Shown: positions 7,792 through 18,620, numbered from the stretch's first letter. The stretch is 32,000 nt of DNA from Prochlorococcus marinus str. NATL2A (GCF_000012465.1 NC_007335.2:900001-932000); one strand, 5' to 3'. The notes: generated from the sequence alone by a model not told the origin. A program made the numbers and translations.

Positions 7792-8400
7792 ATGAAGAGT
7801 ATTGTGATTGCAATTACTGGTGCTTCGGCTATGCAAATAGCAGAGCGTTCAATCCAGGTATTGCTAGAGAATGATCAATCAGTAGATTTAATCCTCAGCA
7901 AAGGTTCATATGAAGTAGCCAAAAGTGAACGTGGTATTAATATTCCAGTCGAACCAAATACCCAAGAAAAATTTTGGAGAAAAAAGCTTGAAGTTCAATC
8001 CGGTAAATTAACTTGTTATAGATGGAATGATCATTCAGCATCAATTGCAAGTGGCAGTCATAAGACAAAGGGCATGGTAATTGTTCCTTGTTCAATGGGA
8101 ACCTTGGGAAGGATAGCCTCTGGCTTTTCCTTAGATTTAATAGAAAGATGTGCCGATGTTCACTTAAAAGAAAATAGGCGACTAATTATATCTCCAAGGG
8201 AGTCACCTTTAAGCTTGATCCACATAGAAAATATGAAACGACTTGCTATTGCTGGGGCTTCAATTGTACCCCCAATTCCAGCTTGGTATACAAACCCACG
8301 AACTATCGAAGATATTATAGATTTTATTGTGGTTAGATTATTTGATTCTCTTGGAGAGGATTTAAATTATATTAAAAGATGGAATGGTCCGATTAAATGA
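7792..8400 (+). CDS. ubiX: Flavin prenyltransferase UbiX (3-octaprenyl-4-hydroxybenzoate decarboxylase partner)
   Basis: The N-terminus IVIAITGASAMQIAERSIQVLL, the motif VPCSMGTLGRIASG and the length of about 200 aa are typical of the UbiX/Pad1 family. Its ATG directly abuts the upstream stop. Confidence 0.8.
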   Translation: MKSIVIAITGASAMQIAERSIQVLLENDQSVDLILSKGSYEVAKSERGINIPVEPNTQEKFWRKKLEVQSGKLTCYRWNDHSASIASGSHKTKGMVIVPCSMGTLGRIASGFSLDLIERCADVHLKENRRLIISPRESPLSLIHIENMKRLAIAGASIVPPIPAWYTNPRTIEDIIDFIVVRLFDSLGEDLNYIKRWNGPIK

Positions 8401-8954
8401 AGCTTAGTTATTTACTTAAAGCTACGCCATTCTTATCTACATTAGTATTAATAATTTTTCTAAGTATAAGTAATCAAAAGGAATATACAAAAATAAAAAT
8501 ATTAATCTGGAGTACACCCTCACTTACTTTAGGAAATTATCTTGCAATATCAACAGGAACAGGTTTTATTCTCTCATACTTAATAACAACAAAACTCGGA
8601 AAAATAATTCAAACATCACAAGGACAAGTTCTAGAATTTAAAGAAGAAGCTAAATATGAAGAGAGTCCTGACTACAAAGAAGCTCTAAAGAATACCAATC
8701 ATTCTTACGATAATACTTTAATAGAGAGAGATATTAAAGACCCTTCACCAACAATTAATGCAAGTTTTAGAGTAATAGGAAGAACAGAAAGAAGTAGTTT
8801 TACTTATAAAACATCTAATAATGATGAAGCTGAATATGAAGGCGCTTTCGAATTTGATGATGATTTGGATGAACAATTTGTTAAAAATGAAACGATCAAT
8901 CAACCAAACTCAATTATGAGTGACTGGGATGATGAAACTTATTCAGCATGGTAA
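8397..8954 (+). CDS. Hypothetical membrane protein with two N-terminal helices (LapA/DUF1049-like) and an acidic C-terminal tail
   Basis: The start overlaps the ubiX stop in an ATGA. Two hydrophobic segments are followed by low-complexity D/E-rich sequence ending DWDDETYSAW. Confidence 0.55.
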   Translation: MKLSYLLKATPFLSTLVLIIFLSISNQKEYTKIKILIWSTPSLTLGNYLAISTGTGFILSYLITTKLGKIIQTSQGQVLEFKEEAKYEESPDYKEALKNTNHSYDNTLIERDIKDPSPTINASFRVIGRTERSSFTYKTSNNDEAEYEGAFEFDDDLDEQFVKNETINQPNSIMSDWDDETYSAW

Positions 8955-9027
8955 ACGAAGAACAAATCAATATATTTAATCAAGAATATCTTTGCAACCA
9001 TCTTTATTAATTTGCTAATATAAAAAT

Positions 9028-9579
9028 ATGGAAAATCAAAATCCCTCAAACGAAATAGATTCAAGTAAAAAAGTAACTAGGTCTCAATCAGATTCTTTAG
9101 ATAAGAATGAACCTGCTTTTGAAGGTAAAAAAGATTTAAATACTTTAGACAAACCAGAGAAATCCTCCTTATTAAATAGTAATGCGCCCGCTATCCCTAA
9201 AAAACCAGTAAAACCACCCAAGCTAGAGGATAAACCTTTTAAAGAGTTTATAAGTAACTTTCTAATTCCTGGATTAAAGGCATCTATCGAAGATAAAGGA
9301 ACAGTTGTGTGTGAGATAAAATTAATAGAAGGTCAAAGACCAGTTGTAGGAGGAAATTGCTGGATGGTTTTTTGTGAATTATCTGAGCAAAAAAAATTCT
9401 GGCTTTGTTTTAGCAAAGATATAATAACTTCAGATAAGACTATATTATTAGCTGAGTCAAATTCAGATCCAAGCATTGTTGAATCATTTCTAATTGACGA
9501 AAAGAAGACCACATTACCTTTACTAATTTCTCGAGTTCTACAAAGATTAAATGGTCAAAAATGGATCGGTGCTAATTAA
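9028..9579 (+). CDS. Conserved cyanobacterial hypothetical protein (DUF2996-like), with a K/P-rich disordered N-terminus
   Basis: The ORF is 183 aa. The family name is from memory of the ...FIPGLK...G.....W.V.C.L...FW..F... pattern and is unverified. Confidence 0.55.
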   Translation: MENQNPSNEIDSSKKVTRSQSDSLDKNEPAFEGKKDLNTLDKPEKSSLLNSNAPAIPKKPVKPPKLEDKPFKEFISNFLIPGLKASIEDKGTVVCEIKLIEGQRPVVGGNCWMVFCELSEQKKFWLCFSKDIITSDKTILLAESNSDPSIVESFLIDEKKTTLPLLISRVLQRLNGQKWIGAN

Positions 9580-9712
9580 ATAGATATTATTAAATTATTA
9601 ACTAGAATTCCTTCTTTATTAATTAGTTTTTAAATAATAACAATAAATATGTCCTATTAATATTAAATACGCAGTTAAGCCAATCTAATGCCATAATGTA
9701 AAAAAAAAAAAA

Positions 9713-11158
9713 TTGACTAATTCATTACTAACTAGAGAAAGTGAAAATTTGCTATTCCATACTTTTGACGACAAATTAAAACCTCAAGTTGAAGAATTAT
9801 TGTCTCTGGGCAAATCAGCTGGGGCTGACCTAGTAGAAGTCTTTCTTGAAAAATCAGACAACATATCTCTCTTAGCCGAGCAGGATGACATTTCAAATGT
9901 AAGTCCATCTTTCGGTATTGGAGCAGGTATTAGGGTGTTTCTTGGCAAAAAAGATGGTTTTGTAAGCACAAATGATTTATCAAAAGCAGGACTTCTCTTT
10001 GCCTTAAATCAAGCTTTAGGAATGTTAGGCCTCACAAGTGGTTCAATTAATAAAGACAAGTTTGAAGGGTTAAAGAAATTAAAGGATTTTGGATCAAATA
10101 AGAATGATTGGTTAGATCATTCACCAGATCTCAAAGAATCCACTCTTAAACTGCTTGAAGCCACTAACTCACTGGCAGATAAAAATAAAAATCTTCAAGT
10201 AAGAAGAGCTAGTTATTCAAGGAATTGGCAAGAAGTTTTAGTTGCAGCTTCAGACGGTGTATTTTCAAGAGATATTCGTCTTCATCAAACTGTTGGTATA
10301 AATGTAATTGCCCAAAAAGATAAACATAGATCTACCTCAGCTAGAAGATATGGTAGTTCTGGTAATCCTGATGATTTAAGAAACTGGGATATCGAAAAAA
10401 GTACATGTGAATTAAATGAAAGCGCTCAGAAAATGCTTTACGCAGGATTTGTTGAAGCTGGGCAAATGCCTGTAGTACTTGCTAATAAATTTGGAGGAGT
10501 CATATTCCATGAAGCTTGTGGTCATCTTCTTGAAACGACTCAATTAGAAAGAGGAACATCTCCATTTCATGACTCAATAAATAAGCAAATTGCTAACGAA
10601 GCCGTAAGTGCAGTTGATGAAGGACTTTCGAATCATGCTTTTGGGTCACTCTCAATGGATGATGAAGGAATGGAACCTCAAAATACTTTGTTAATTGAGA
10701 ATGGGATATTAAAAAAGTTTCTTTCGGATAGAGCGGGATCTCTAAGAACTGGTCATCCAAGAACAGGTAGTGGAAGGAGGCAAAATTTCTCTTTCGCCGC
10801 TGCAAGTCGTATGAGAAATACATACATTAAGCAAGGTAATTTTTTACCAGAAGAATTAATTAAAAGTGTTGACAATGGTCTTTATTGTAAATCAATGGGC
10901 GGAGGCAGTGTAGGACCAACTGGTCAGTTTAACTTCTCTGTTGAAGAAGGCTATTTAATAAAAAATGGAAAACTTGATAAACCAGTTAAAGGGGCAACAT
11001 TAATAGGTGAAGCAAAAGAAATACTACCTAGAATTTCCATGTGTGCAAATGATTTAGATCTTGCAGCAGGCTTCTGTGGGTCTGTAAGTGGAAGTGTAAA
11101 TGTTACTGTTGGCCAACCACATATAAAAGTAGATTCAATAACAGTAGGAGGTAGATAA
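9713..11158 (+). CDS. tldD: Metalloprotease TldD (peptidase U62)
   Basis: The HEACGHLLE (HExxxH) motif is present and the C-terminus is the typical ...HIKVDSITVGG. The only available start after the in-frame stop at 9686-9688 is TTG 9713. Confidence 0.85.
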   Translation: MTNSLLTRESENLLFHTFDDKLKPQVEELLSLGKSAGADLVEVFLEKSDNISLLAEQDDISNVSPSFGIGAGIRVFLGKKDGFVSTNDLSKAGLLFALNQALGMLGLTSGSINKDKFEGLKKLKDFGSNKNDWLDHSPDLKESTLKLLEATNSLADKNKNLQVRRASYSRNWQEVLVAASDGVFSRDIRLHQTVGINVIAQKDKHRSTSARRYGSSGNPDDLRNWDIEKSTCELNESAQKMLYAGFVEAGQMPVVLANKFGGVIFHEACGHLLETTQLERGTSPFHDSINKQIANEAVSAVDEGLSNHAFGSLSMDDEGMEPQNTLLIENGILKKFLSDRAGSLRTGHPRTGSGRRQNFSFAAASRMRNTYIKQGNFLPEELIKSVDNGLYCKSMGGGSVGPTGQFNFSVEEGYLIKNGKLDKPVKGATLIGEAKEILPRISMCANDLDLAAGFCGSVSGSVNVTVGQPHIKVDSITVGGR

Positions 11159-11159
11159 T

Positions 11160-12548
11160 ATGAATAAATCAATCACTAATCCTAAAAAAAGTGCGTTAGA
11201 TCCAATTATATTGAATAAACTTTTAGAAAAATATAGTGAAGAGTCATCTATAAAAAAATGGGATATGGGCGCATCATCCAGTAGTGATATATCTGTTCAA
11301 GTTCAGCAAGGTAATGCTAAACAATTAAAAGGTTCACAAAGAAATTCCATGACCTTGAGAGTATGGAATAAAAACAATCAAGTAGGAATCACTAGTACAT
11401 CCGACCTAACTAGTGAAGGCATTAAAAAAGCAATGAAGGGAGCAATTGAAGCTAGTCTTTTTGGTAATGAAAAAGATTCTCCTGAGTTTTCCTCATTAGC
11501 AAAATCAGAATTAGAAGAAATTAATCCTGAAATTTCTAATTCCCATACAATTGATCAATTGCTTAGTATTTTAAAGAAGGCAGAAAAAGAATTAATAGAT
11601 ACTCATAAATCAATAGATTCTGTTCCTTACAATGGTTTAAATGAAAGTTATATGGAAAGAATATATATAAATAGTGAAGGTGCTAATAGACATATGAAAT
11701 TATCACAATCTTCTATATATTTGTATGCCAAGGCTGAGGAACAAAATAAGAAGCCTAGAAGTGCAGGGGGGATAAGAATAAACTCTAATTTAGAAGAACT
11801 TGATATTGATTCATGTATAAGTGAAACATCTGATAAGTTAATTAGTCATTTAGATTATAAATCAATAGAAACAAACAAGTATCTTGTTTGTTTTACTCCT
11901 GAGGCTTTTCTTCAACTAATAAGTGCATTTAGTTCTATGTTTAATGCACGGTCTATTATTGATGGACTAAGTTTAATGAAAGAAGACTCACTAGGTAATC
12001 AAATTTCAGTTCCAAATTTAAACATAAGCGACGAAGGTCTTCATCCTAAAAATGTTGGAGCTTTTAGTTTTGATGGTGAAGGAACACCAACACAAAATAT
12101 CCAATTGGTCACAAACGGAATTTTGACTCAACTACTTCATTCAGAGGCAACAGCAAGGAAATTTGGCGTTAGACCTACAGGGCATGCGGGTTTAGGCGCT
12201 AAGGTATCTGTTTCTCCAGATTGGCTAGTCGTAAGCAAAAGTGAATCTGAAATGGATAAAGATGAAAGTCTAAGCATTAAAAATACAATCAAAGAATATA
12301 TATTGATAGATGAGTTATCTGCGATTCATTCTGGAGTCAAGGCTAGTCAAGGGTCCTTCTCCTTGCCCTTTGATGGATGGATAGTTAATGATGGGAAGAA
12401 GACATCAATTGAAGCCGCTACAGTTGCTGGAGATATTTTAAAAGTTTTATCAAGTATTCTAAAAATTGAAGATGAACAGATAGTTACACATCAAGGCATC
12501 AGCCCTCATGTTTGGGTTGAGAACATGTCAATTACTGGGGAAGCGTGA
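11160..12548 (+). CDS. pmbA: PmbA/TldE protease partner (peptidase U62, lacking the HExxxH motif)
   Basis: It starts 1 nt after the tldD stop and has U62-family length and a typical C-terminus. The pairing with tldD is the usual arrangement. Confidence 0.8.
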   Translation: MNKSITNPKKSALDPIILNKLLEKYSEESSIKKWDMGASSSSDISVQVQQGNAKQLKGSQRNSMTLRVWNKNNQVGITSTSDLTSEGIKKAMKGAIEASLFGNEKDSPEFSSLAKSELEEINPEISNSHTIDQLLSILKKAEKELIDTHKSIDSVPYNGLNESYMERIYINSEGANRHMKLSQSSIYLYAKAEEQNKKPRSAGGIRINSNLEELDIDSCISETSDKLISHLDYKSIETNKYLVCFTPEAFLQLISAFSSMFNARSIIDGLSLMKEDSLGNQISVPNLNISDEGLHPKNVGAFSFDGEGTPTQNIQLVTNGILTQLLHSEATARKFGVRPTGHAGLGAKVSVSPDWLVVSKSESEMDKDESLSIKNTIKEYILIDELSAIHSGVKASQGSFSLPFDGWIVNDGKKTSIEAATVAGDILKVLSSILKIEDEQIVTHQGISPHVWVENMSITGEA

Positions 12549-13555
12549 AGATTGTTTTTTGGGGAACGCCTAAATATGCCGCAGAAAATTTAAAAACCAT
12601 CGCTAAGGCCGGCTACGAAGTTATAGCTGTAGTTACTCAACCAGACAGAAAGCGTGGAAGGGGCAAAAAATTGTCACCTTCTCCAGTAAAAGAAGCAGCT
12701 GAAGAACTATCCATACCTGTCTATGCAACAAATTCAATAAGTAAAGATCAAAAAACAAAAGAGATACTCCTGAATTTGAAGGCTGATGTTTATCTAGTTG
12801 TTGCTTTTGGTCAAATTCTTCCAAAAGAAATATTAGATCAGCCAAAACTTGGATGCTGGAATAGCCACGCTTCTCTGCTTCCTGTTTGGAGAGGAGCTGC
12901 ACCAATTCAGTGGAGCATAATTAATGCTGATGCCAAGACAGGTATTTGTATTATGTCAATGGAAGAAGGCTTAGATACAGGACCAGTTATTGAACAAGAG
13001 TCAACAGTTATAAAAGATTCAGATAATCTTGAGATACTTACGAATAGACTATCGGTAATGTCATCAAAACTTTTACTTAAGTCACTTGAAAAAATAAAGC
13101 TAACCAAAGGATTAAACAAATCATCAAGACTTAAACAATTGAATGCAATTGAGCAGAGAAATTTAAATGGTATTCCAAGTTATGCAAGACAAATAACAAA
13201 AGAAGACAATTTAATAGATTGGAATCAAGATGCAAGAAAGATATTAAAAAAAATTCAAGGATTATACCCCAATGCTTATACATTGTATAATGGTAAAAGA
13301 ATAAAGATTTTAGATGCAATTATATCTTGCGATAATAATCAATCTAAAGAAAGTCAAGATATAAAAAATCAATCAAAATCAAATAGAATACCTGGAGAAA
13401 TATTTATGATAAATAAACAAATTGGTATAAAAATAATGACAAATGATTTTCCTGTTCTAATTAAATATGCACAGTTAGAAGGCAAAAAAGCAACAGACAG
13501 TTATACGTTATCAATCCAGTCAAATCTTAGCATCAATGATAAACTTGGAATCTAA
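12545..13555 (+). CDS. fmt: Methionyl-tRNA formyltransferase
   Basis: The product begins MKIVFWGTP....[21 protein letters not shown] and contains [15 protein letters not shown]. The GTG start overlaps the pmbA stop in the sequence GTGA. Confidence 0.9.
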   Translation: MKIVFWGTPKYAAENLKTIAKAGYEVIAVVTQPDRKRGRGKKLSPSPVKEAAEELSIPVYATNSISKDQKTKEILLNLKADVYLVVAFGQILPKEILDQPKLGCWNSHASLLPVWRGAAPIQWSIINADAKTGICIMSMEEGLDTGPVIEQESTVIKDSDNLEILTNRLSVMSSKLLLKSLEKIKLTKGLNKSSRLKQLNAIEQRNLNGIPSYARQITKEDNLIDWNQDARKILKKIQGLYPNAYTLYNGKRIKILDAIISCDNNQSKESQDIKNQSKSNRIPGEIFMINKQIGIKIMTNDFPVLIKYAQLEGKKATDSYTLSIQSNLSINDKLGI

Positions 13556-14274
13556 ACATTACTAATAGAACTATTCTTCTTTGAAAAGCCCCAAATGAAA
13601 AGAAATAACATTACCAAGAAGAATAAATATTCAGGTATAACTAATTTGAATAAAACTAATTGAATGATTAACTTTAATCCAATAAGTCCAACTGCAATAT
13701 AACCAGCTTTTTCTAAATTAATATATATCTCAAGCCATTTAATAAATAGTCCAGATGTGAAACGTAATGCGATAACTCCGATAATTGCTCCAGTAATCAC
13801 TAAAAGGAATTGATCGCTTATTGCGACAGCTGCTGTAATACTATCTATAGAAAAAGCTAAATCAGTTACTGACAATAGAAGAATTACCTTAAATAATGAA
13901 ATATTAGATTGTTCACTATTTTCGATTAAATTTTGATTAGAGCCATTATTGTTCAAAGATAAAAACTTTGAAATTGAAAGAGAAATCAAATAAATACCAC
14001 CAATAAGCTTAACTGGCCAAAAGTTTAAGAAAAATTGAGCCGTAAGAATTACAAGTATTCTTAATAATAAAGCGATAAATATACCAATATTTAGTGCTTT
14101 TCTTTGCAGATTAATATTATTCAGATTCTTAGTTATTGAGGCAAGAGCCACTGCGTTATCAGCTGACAATACAAGCTCTAATGAAACAATAACAGGCAAA
14201 AGAGGAGCAAGTTCAACCCATCTATCAATACCATCCAGTAAAGGAGTTAAGGATCTGAGAGATGCTGAATCCAT
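13552..14274 (-). CDS. TerC-family integral membrane protein
   Basis: The [13 protein letters not shown] motif is present and hydrophobic helices run throughout the 240-aa product. Confidence 0.8.
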   Translation of the reverse strand: MDSASLRSLTPLLDGIDRWVELAPLLPVIVSLELVLSADNAVALASITKNLNNINLQRKALNIGIFIALLLRILVILTAQFFLNFWPVKLIGGIYLISLSISKFLSLNNNGSNQNLIENSEQSNISLFKVILLLSVTDLAFSIDSITAAVAISDQFLLVITGAIIGVIALRFTSGLFIKWLEIYINLEKAGYIAVGLIGLKLIIQLVLFKLVIPEYLFFLVMLFLFIWGFSKKNSSISNV

Positions 14275-14360
14275 TAAATTAAAGAAAAAGAGCTATTAAT
14301 ATTGTCTGTTTGGTATATGTTAACTCTAATTATTCAATTCAGTGCTAAGTCAATAGGGTT

Positions 14361-15053
14361 ATGAGAATCGAATCAAAGCTTTGCCACATATCAGAAAATA
14401 AAGCTGTTGTTCAAGTAAATGGTTGGCTTAATGACAGAAATTTAGGAAGTGCTCTAGCAGAGGGGCCAACAGTAGAAGTTGCAGAAGATAAAGCCATATC
14501 AAGACTGAATGAAAGGATAAATGCAGTCACAAAAGATGTGTCGAGTATTAATACTAATAATGAACATAAAACCAAAACTCCATTAAGAATTGAACTTCCT
14601 AATAGTGAAAAGGTTGAATTACCTAAAAGAGAAAAGGTTGAAGATATTAATATCAATCATGAGCCAAATGATTGGAGTAGCGAATTAACAGCGATAGATG
14701 CAGAAATTGAACGGCTAAAATGGTCCAGAGATGATGAAATAAATTTCCTAGAAAAAAAATTAGGTTATAATAATCGAAATAAAATAACTAGCTATGCTGA
14801 TATAGTGAAGTATCTATGTCTATTAAAAAAGACTGATATTCCAAATCAATTCAAAGTATCAAATGGGAATCTCAATACTTTAATAGAAGAGTCTGACATT
14901 ATACTTAGGGATTTATCATGGGATCATAAACAGGGACGAGAATTTCTACAAAAGGAGTTTAATGTTTTAACTAGAAAGGAACTTAGTGAAACACAATTAG
15001 TATCATTCGTTGAGAAGCTAAAATTGATTCGAAATGAATATCTAGCTCATTAA
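14361..15053 (+). CDS. Hypothetical protein with an internal tandem repeat and a duplicated C-terminal module
   Basis: The ORF is 230 aa and sits in the gap between the TerC-family gene and mfd. I recognise no family. Confidence 0.6.
   Translation: MRIESKLCHISENKAVVQVNGWLNDRNLGSALAEGPTVEVAEDKAISRLNERINAVTKDVSSINTNNEHKTKTPLRIELPNSEKVELPKREKVEDININHEPNDWSSELTAIDAEIERLKWSRDDEINFLEKKLGYNNRNKITSYADIVKYLCLLKKTDIPNQFKVSNGNLNTLIEESDIILRDLSWDHKQGREFLQKEFNVLTRKELSETQLVSFVEKLKLIRNEYLAH
14592..14639 (+). repeat. In-frame tandem duplication, 2 x 24 bp (ELPNSEKV / ELPKREKV)
   Basis: The two units are gaacttcctaatagtgaaaaggtt and gaattacctaaaagagaaaaggtt, read directly from the sequence. Confidence 0.8.
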
Positions 15054-15116
15054 GCCTTCTCAATAAGACAATTAAAATGTTAGGGTTAATTAGATAAAAA
15101 TAAGTAAAAAAGAATA

Positions 15117-18100
15117 GTGTCCTTAGAGTCAATAGCAAAATATTTAGAAAACCATCATTTAACAACTGAGTTGATTGAACGAACAAATAGAGAAGAAAGA
15201 TTAATATTAACAGGAGCATCGCGGACAGCAAAGGCATTAATAACAACTTCGCTTGCTAAAAATGAGTCCAAAAGATTATTAGTAATTGTCCCAACATTAG
15301 AAGATGCAACTAGATGGTATCCCCTTGTAAAAGATTGCGGTTGGACTAAGACATGTTTATATCCAACAAGTGAAGTCTCACCATATGAAACTACGCAGGT
15401 TACTTCAGAAATCATTTGGGGTCAATTACAAGTACTAAGCGATATATTGGAATTAAAAGATGATGAGAATATCGCAATAATTGCAACAGAAAGATCTTTA
15501 CAACCACATCTGCCCCCATTTGAACACCTTAGAGAAAAGTGTATTAAATTAAACGTAGGTGATGAAATAAATCTAAGTGATTTATCTTTAAAATTGAGTG
15601 AAAGTGGATATATCAAGTCTAATAATATAGATCAAGAAGGAACATGGACAAGACGTGGAGATATTATTGATATTTACCCTGTTAGTAGTGAACTTCCAAT
15701 TAGATTAGAGCTATTTGGTGATCTATTAGATAAGATTAAAGAATTTGATCCAATTTCACAAAGGTCATTAGATCAAATCAACAATGTATGCATAACACCC
15801 ACGGGTTTTGATCCACTAATCATTAATAAGCTTATATCAACTGACAACAAGGATATATCGAGTTTATTTACTAATGATGAGTTCTCTGAGTTAGTAGATT
15901 CAAATAAATTGGATTCAGCAAAGAAATATTTAGGAGTTGCATTTGACAAGCCTTCATCATTATTAGATTACTTAGATGATAAGACATTTATTGTGGTTGA
16001 TGAGAGGTTTCAAGGTATATCTCATGGGAAAGCTTGGTATAATATTGTTAATGATAATTATACAGATGTAATTACTACTATAAAAGGTAGTGAAGCAACA
16101 AAAACTATATTTAAACCTAATCTTCATAAAGACATTAATGATATATATGATTCTCTAAATAATTATAAAGGTATTGATATAACAGATTTAGAAGACACTA
16201 CAAAGAAAACGAATGTTTTTAGTATTTCAAGCAAAGTTCATAATTGGCTGCCTAATCAATACGGTAAAATAAGTTTATCTTTAAAAGATTACATCAAGAA
16301 TAAATATTCTATTTGGATAATTTCAGCACAACCTAGTCGTGCAGTTTCTTTGTTAGAAGAACATGAATGTATCTCAAAGTTTATACCTAATAATACCGAT
16401 CTTAATGGTATCAAAAATATTATCGATGACAATATTCCAGTAGCTATTAAAAATAAAAATGAGGGTGAAATTGAAGGATTTTATCTTCCTGCATGGAAAA
16501 TTGCACTATTAACGGATAAGGAGTTTTTCGGACAACAAAATATTTCTACGACTGGTTATATAAGAAGAAGAAAACAATCTCAAAGTAAAAAGATAGATCC
16601 TAATAAGATGAAACCAGGCGATTATGTTGTTCATAGAAATCATGGAATTGGTTTATTTCAGAAAATTGAAAAATTAAATATTAATGGAGAGTCAAGAGAT
16701 TATTTGGTAATAAAATATATGGATGGAAAGCTAAGTGTTGCTGCAGATCAACTTGGAAGTCTAGGTAGGTATAGAAGTTCAAATGCAAAGACTCCTACAA
16801 TTAGTAAATTAGGAGGAGCTAATTGGAACAAAATAAAGGAAAAGGCAAAGAAATCCGTTAAAAAAGTTGCTATTGATTTAATTAAGTTATATGCAGAAAG
16901 AAGTAAAGAAAAAGGGTATAAATTCCCATGTGATGGGCCCTGGCAAAACGAATTAGAAGACTCATTTCCATACGCACTTACACCTGATCAAGCAACAGCT
17001 ACATCTCAAGTTAAATCTGATATGGAAAGTGAAAAGCCTATGGATAGATTAGTTTGCGGCGATGTTGGATTTGGGAAAACAGAAGTTGCTATACGAGCAA
17101 TATTTAAGGCTATTACCTCAGGAAAACAAATAGCTTTATTAGCACCAACGACTGTATTATCTCAACAACATTGGAGAACTATTTCTGATCGATTTGCTCC
17201 TTATCCTATAAAAGTTTCATTACTCAATAGATTTAAAACAAATAGTGAAAAAAAACATATAGTTAGTGGCCTGAAAGATGGACAAATTGATGCAGTTGTT
17301 GGTACACATCAGCTCTTGAACAAAAAATTAGTTTATAAGGACTTGGGACTTCTAGTTATAGATGAAGAACAACGTTTTGGAGTTAATCAAAAAGAGAAAA
17401 TAAAGGAATTAAAAAAAAGTGTAGATGTATTAACCCTTTCAGCGACTCCAATTCCAAGAACACTCTATATGAGTCTTTCTGGTGTCCGTGAAATGAGTTT
17501 AATAACAACACCGCCTCCCCTACGAAGGCCAATTAAAACACACTTAGCACCCCTCGATAATGAAATAATAAGAAGTGCAATTTCACAAGAGATTGATAGA
17601 GGTGGACAAATATTTTATATTGTTCCTCGAATAAAAGGAATAGAAGATGTAGCAGAGAAATTAAAAATTATGATCCCAAATGTGAAATTATTGATTGCAC
17701 ATGGTCAAATGGAGGAGGGAGCATTAGAGAATGCAATGCTTGCATTTAATGCAGGAGAAGCCGATATTTTGCTTTGTACAACTATTGTAGAAAGTGGATT
17801 AGATATTCCTAGAGTAAATACTATTTTAATTGAAGATTCTCACAAGTTTGGTTTATCTCAACTTTACCAATTGAGAGGCAGAGTAGGCCGAAGTGGAGTA
17901 CAAGCACATGCTTGGTTATTTTATCCAAGCGATGAGAAATTAAATGAGACATCAAGGCAACGTTTAAAGGCTATAAAAGAATTTAGTGATTTGGGCAGTG
18001 GTTATCAGTTAGCCATGAGGGACATGGAAATTAGAGGCGTTGGAAATATCTTAGGTATTGAACAAAGCGGACAAATGGAAACAATAGGATTTGATTTGTA

Positions 18101-18620
18101 TATGGAATTATTACAGGAAACTATTGCCGAAATACAGGGGCAAGACATTCCTAGTGTTGACGATACTCAAATAGATCTACCTGTGACAGCTTTTATACCA
18201 GGAGATTGGATAACTGATCCAGATGAAAAAATAAATGCATATAGATTAGCCACACAATGCGAAAACAATGATTCATTAGTTCAATTTGCTAGCAACTTGG
18301 TTGATAGATATGGAACATTACCAAAAGCAGTTGAATCATTAATAGAAGTAATGAAATTAAAAATAATCGCTAAAAAGTGTGGCTTCTCAAGAATCAAGTT
18401 ATCCAAACCAAATGTTGAGCTTGAGACAATGATGGATGAGCCAGCATTCAAGTTACTAAGAAAAGGTTTGGCTAATCACCTTCATGGAAGATTTATTTAT
18501 AAGAAAGGGGATAAGTGTTCAACGGTGACTATTCGAGGGCTCGGAATCTTGGATAGCGATAAACTTCTAGATCAATTAACTGAATGGCTAAAACTTATGA
18601 ATTCAGAAATAAACGCTTAA
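15117..18620 (+). CDS. mfd: Transcription-repair coupling factor Mfd
   Basis: The product is 1167 aa. It carries the helicase motifs GDVGFGKTEVA and DEEQRFG and a CarD-like segment (GDYVVHRNHGIG). It uses a GTG start. Confidence 0.92.
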   Translation: MSLESIAKYLENHHLTTELIERTNREERLILTGASRTAKALITTSLAKNESKRLLVIVPTLEDATRWYPLVKDCGWTKTCLYPTSEVSPYETTQVTSEIIWGQLQVLSDILELKDDENIAIIATERSLQPHLPPFEHLREKCIKLNVGDEINLSDLSLKLSESGYIKSNNIDQEGTWTRRGDIIDIYPVSSELPIRLELFGDLLDKIKEFDPISQRSLDQINNVCITPTGFDPLIINKLISTDNKDISSLFTNDEFSELVDSNKLDSAKKYLGVAFDKPSSLLDYLDDKTFIVVDERFQGISHGKAWYNIVNDNYTDVITTIKGSEATKTIFKPNLHKDINDIYDSLNNYKGIDITDLEDTTKKTNVFSISSKVHNWLPNQYGKISLSLKDYIKNKYSIWIISAQPSRAVSLLEEHECISKFIPNNTDLNGIKNIIDDNIPVAIKNKNEGEIEGFYLPAWKIALLTDKEFFGQQNISTTGYIRRRKQSQSKKIDPNKMKPGDYVVHRNHGIGLFQKIEKLNINGESRDYLVIKYMDGKLSVAADQLGSLGRYRSSNAKTPTISKLGGANWNKIKEKAKKSVKKVAIDLIKLYAERSKEKGYKFPCDGPWQNELEDSFPYALTPDQATATSQVKSDMESEKPMDRLVCGDVGFGKTEVAIRAIFKAITSGKQIALLAPTTVLSQQHWRTISDRFAPYPIKVSLLNRFKTNSEKKHIVSGLKDGQIDAVVGTHQLLNKKLVYKDLGLLVIDEEQRFGVNQKEKIKELKKSVDVLTLSATPIPRTLYMSLSGVREMSLITTPPPLRRPIKTHLAPLDNEIIRSAISQEIDRGGQIFYIVPRIKGIEDVAEKLKIMIPNVKLLIAHGQMEEGALENAMLAFNAGEADILLCTTIVESGLDIPRVNTILIEDSHKFGLSQLYQLRGRVGRSGVQAHAWLFYPSDEKLNETSRQRLKAIKEFSDLGSGYQLAMRDMEIRGVGNILGIEQSGQMETIGFDLYMELLQETIAEIQGQDIPSVDDTQIDLPVTAFIPGDWITDPDEKINAYRLATQCENNDSLVQFASNLVDRYGTLPKAVESLIEVMKLKIIAKKCGFSRIKLSKPNVELETMMDEPAFKLLRKGLANHLHGRFIYKKGDKCSTVTIRGLGILDSDKLLDQLTEWLKLMNSEINA

